The notes beneath the pieces were generated by a model that had not been told where the DNA came from, made no database searches, and was given only the letters and a program-made list of their open reading frames with translations. DNA of 38,705 bases from Parvularia atlantis (taxonomy: Eukaryota): NCBI GenBank assembly GCA_943704415.1, contig CALSCO010000083.1:1-38705 (forward strand), read 5' to 3'. Shown here one piece after another: positions 36,101-38,705 of the stretch. Within the stretch, counting starts at the first letter, position 1, and each line of letters starts with the position of its first letter. Position numbers and translations under genes: made by a program.

Positions 36101-36465
36101 GGCGCAGCCCGTGCTGGTGCTTGTGCTGACGTCGGCTGCGGTTGCGGTGCGGTAGGCACCGGCACCAGCACGGGCGGCTGCGCCTCGCCAGTACCGGCAC
36201 CGGCACCAGCGGTGTCGGCGTCGGCGTCAGTGGCGTCGGCGTCGGCATCGGCGTCTGCAACGGTCGCAGCCGCAACGGTCGCCCCGGCCGCCCCGGCCGC
36301 GCGCTTACGACGCTGCTGCTGCGCCTTGAGCAGCTGCGGCGACAACACGCACGCACGCAGGCGCGCGCAGGTGCGTCAGATCTGCCCAGCACCGCCGCCG
36401 CCCCCCGCCGCGCGCACCTTGGCCCGCCCGGCCGCGACTTTGGCGGCGCGCTCGGCCTCTGTCAT
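33161..36465 (-). CDS. Long coiled-coil (golgin-like) protein with a GM130/pericentrin-like N-terminal motif
   Basis: MTEAERAAKVAAGRAK|LLKAQQQRRKR followed by extensive E/Q/R/L heptad-rich exons. Ends LSALLRTWTAK* (TGA at 33161-33163). Confidence 0.7.
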
Positions 36466-36502
36466 GATCGCGCGCGTGCTGGAATGTTCTGCTGCACAGA
36501 TG

Positions 36503-38395
36503 CTAGTGTATGCCGCGGACGACCTTGCGCATACGCCGCAGCAGCAGCGCGAACGCCGACGTCGCCACGAAGCCCATGGTCGACACGGCGACGTAGAAGG
36601 CAACCGGCGACGACTCGATGCCGGACGTGAGGTTCATGCCAAAGACGGCGCCGCCAAACGCGCCTAGGCTGACGGCAAAGGTGCTGCGAGCGGTCGCGTG
36701 AGCGCGCACACGGCAGGTGGCGGGTCACGCACCCCATCGTGATCTTGAGCTCGAGCAGGAGGAGGCTGTTGCGCTGCGAGTCGAGCGTGATCTTGACGAT
36801 GTTTTGCGTCGAGCCTGCGCTTGCAGCGGTTGAGCCTCTCGCGCACGGCGACGACGACCGCGCGCGCGCACGCACGGATGTGCGACACGAGCTCGTACGT
36901 CATCGAGCTGATCTCCTCGATCTGCTTGCCGTAGAACTCAAACATAAACTCGACCTCCTGGTGCATGCTCGACGGCTGCGAGTGGCCCGTGTTGACCTTG
37001 GTTGTGAGGTACATGCCGGCCCTGCGATCGGCGCGGCAGTGAGCGGCGCGCGAGGGCGGCGGTAGGGCGCGGCGCACATGTCCTCGTCCGAGTTGAGCAC
37101 GTCGGTGATCGCGTCCTGCACGGCGTTGACGCGCGCTTGGAACCGCGTGAGCTTCTTGCTCATCTCAAGCACACTGACCATGGTCGAGCGGTCGAGGTCG
37201 CCCTCGAGCTTGCGCAGGAGCGCGTTGACCTTGGGCGAGAGCTGGTTGAACTGGTCGCGAAGCACGTTGCTGACCGAGATCAGGATGGCCTCCATGGCCC
37301 GCAGCTCGAACGGCAGCCCGCCCGTTGACACGCTCGCCATCCGCAGCCGCTCCTGCAGGTCAAACACAAACATCGACTGGTGGTGCTTGTCGACCACGTC
37401 CGTGTCAAACAGCACGACCATGTCGGCCTTGATCAGCGCGCGGATGTGCTCCAGGTTGACGACGAGGGTCGAGGGCTACGCGGGCCGTCAGCGTCAGGGT
37501 GGCGGCAAAGCGCACGGTCCTGTCGGCGCACCCGCACGAGGATCGACGGCAGCTGGTTGCGGTAGTTGTCGATCTGCGCGGGCACGGGTCAGAGCACGCG
37601 CGTGCGCGCGCACACACACGCCTCCGCCGCGACGCGCACCGTGCGCAGGTCGCGCGGCTGCAGGTCGTGCAGCGCGCACAGGTCCGACTTGAGGTACATG
37701 CCCGAGACGGTCTTGACCGTGCCCTTGGCGTCAAACTCGGTGCCGCGCAGCATCATTTTGGACTTTTTGTCGAAGCCGGTCGAGGCCAGGGCCATGTCGG
37801 GCCCGCCGGCGCCGTTACGCGAGTCGCCGTTGCCGCCACCGTTGGCACCGCTGCTGCCGCTGCCGCTGCCGCTGCTGCCGCTGTTGCTGCTGCCATTGCC
37901 CGTCCCGTCGTCCTCATCACCCACGGCCGTGCCGAGTGCGTCCCAGCCGCTGCCGCTGCCGCCGCCGTCCTCGTCCAGCGTGAGCGGCTGCGGCTGCGGC
38001 GGTAATGCGGAAGATGCGGACCCGTGTGACGTCGCCGACGACGACGCCCCGGCTGACGTCGACGAGGTTGACGACGAGACCGAGCGCGCCAGCCGACGCG
38101 ACGCCCCGCTGACGGCCGCCTTGCCCTGCGTCCGGCTCGGCCCCGCGCCCAGCAGCGCGGGTGGGCGCACGACCGGCGGCTCGCCAAACAGAATCTCGTC
38201 GCCGTACAGCGTCTCCTCGCGCGCGCTGTGGGCCGAGTCGCGCCGCGCGGCAGCGACGTAGGTGCGCCTGTCACCACCGCCACCACGCATCGCCGCTGCG
38301 ACCGCCGCCGCCGCCGCGCGCCCGTCCACGAGCGGCAGCGGCCAGGCGTTCGCGAGGCGCAGGAGCGCGCGCCCACGTGGCCCGATCGCCGCCAT
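36503..38395 (-). CDS. MRS2: Mitochondrial Mg2+ channel Mrs2 (CorA family)
   Basis: KSDLCALHDLQPRDLR, LPSILVRPSTLVVNLEHIRALI, LPFELRAMEAIL, DEDMAGMYLT, LDSQRNSLLLLEL, and the GMN motif in GAVFGMNL. TAG at 36503-36505. Confidence 0.95.
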
Positions 38396-38429
38396 GCTGG
38401 AACCGCTGTAGCACGGTGGCTGCAGCGGG

Positions 38430-38705
38430 TCACACAGAGAGGCCGGTGCGCGGGACGGTCTTGAGCGGGTACGAGCCCAGGCCGATGACGAGATCGCTGA
38501 GAAACTGGTGCGGACGGTCAGGCGCGCGCCCGGCACGGGTCACACAGCGGGCGCACCGTCGGCAGCGCCCGCGCAATGTTGTACAGGAACAGGTCCACGC
38601 CGACGCGGTACACGTCCTTCGGGTGCTTGGCGGGGGCTGTGAGCGCCGCCGGACCGTTCGCCGGGGCGTGGGCAGGGCTCACCGAACGGGTGGTTATGAA
38701 CCGCC
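38430..38705 (-). CDS. 3' end of a gene truncated by the window edge, possibly a short-chain dehydrogenase/reductase (RDH/BDH-like C-terminus)
   Basis: Spliced ...HPKDVYRVGVDLFLYNIARALPT|FLSDLVIGLGSYPLKTVPRTGLSV* (TGA at 38430-38432). Two consensus introns. Confidence 0.5.

Noticed and set aside
72..38432. Stop-codon reassignment (18 of 19 reconstructed genes end in TGA)
   Set aside because: No in-frame TAA/TAG was needed in any exon I traced, MRS2 ends plausibly at TAG, and TGA bias is expected at high GC.
1..38705. Hundreds of long overlapping Arg/Ala/Pro-rich ORFs in the six-frame track
   Set aside because: Expected from high GC and rare stop codons. The real proteins emerge only after splicing, so there is no support for overlapping protein genes.
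1..38705. U12-type (AT-AC or GTATCCT) introns, tRNA or rRNA genes
   Set aside because: No RTATCCT donors at the exon boundaries I traced, and no tRNA- or rRNA-like sequence was recognised by eye.

Overview
This is GC-rich (roughly 70% by eye), extremely compact, intron-dense eukaryotic nuclear DNA, not prokaryotic DNA. The six-frame ORF track is mostly artefact. The real genes are broken by many short spliceosomal introns of about 45-70 nt (donor usually GTGCGC/GTGCGT, branch point CTGAC/CTCAC, acceptor CAG). By splicing manually I reconstruct 19 protein-coding genes (18 complete, 1 partial): an F-box protein, a Nudix hydrolase, a PH+PDZ protein, an Rtc5/MEAK7-like TLDc protein, a CRIP1-like LIM protein, an ANKFN1/WAKE-like protein, VPS20/CHMP6, TRM112, a small acidic protein, RAB3GAP2, FAM91A1, COX6A, a possible Rxt2-like protein, UQCC1/CBP3, a secreted EEP hydrolase, a MAP4K-type kinase with a CNH domain, a golgin-like coiled-coil protein, MRS2, and the 3' end of a probable SDR. 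The most unusual features are: (i) almost no intergenic space, with same-strand stop-to-start gaps of 10, 27, 34 and 37 nt and divergent start-to-start gaps of 12 and 32 nt, which suggests polycistronic or overlapping transcription and possibly trans-splicing; (ii) an ANKFN1/WAKE core lacking ankyrin and FN3 domains; (iii) a 78-aa CRIP split into 8 micro-exons; (iv) several candidate GC-AG introns; (v) one outlier 331-nt intron. The mix of animal-like and fungal-like genes suggests a unicellular opisthokont, possibly a nucleariid-type lineage (inference). CDS coordinates are start-to-stop gene spans including introns. Family assignments come from motif recognition, not database searches.
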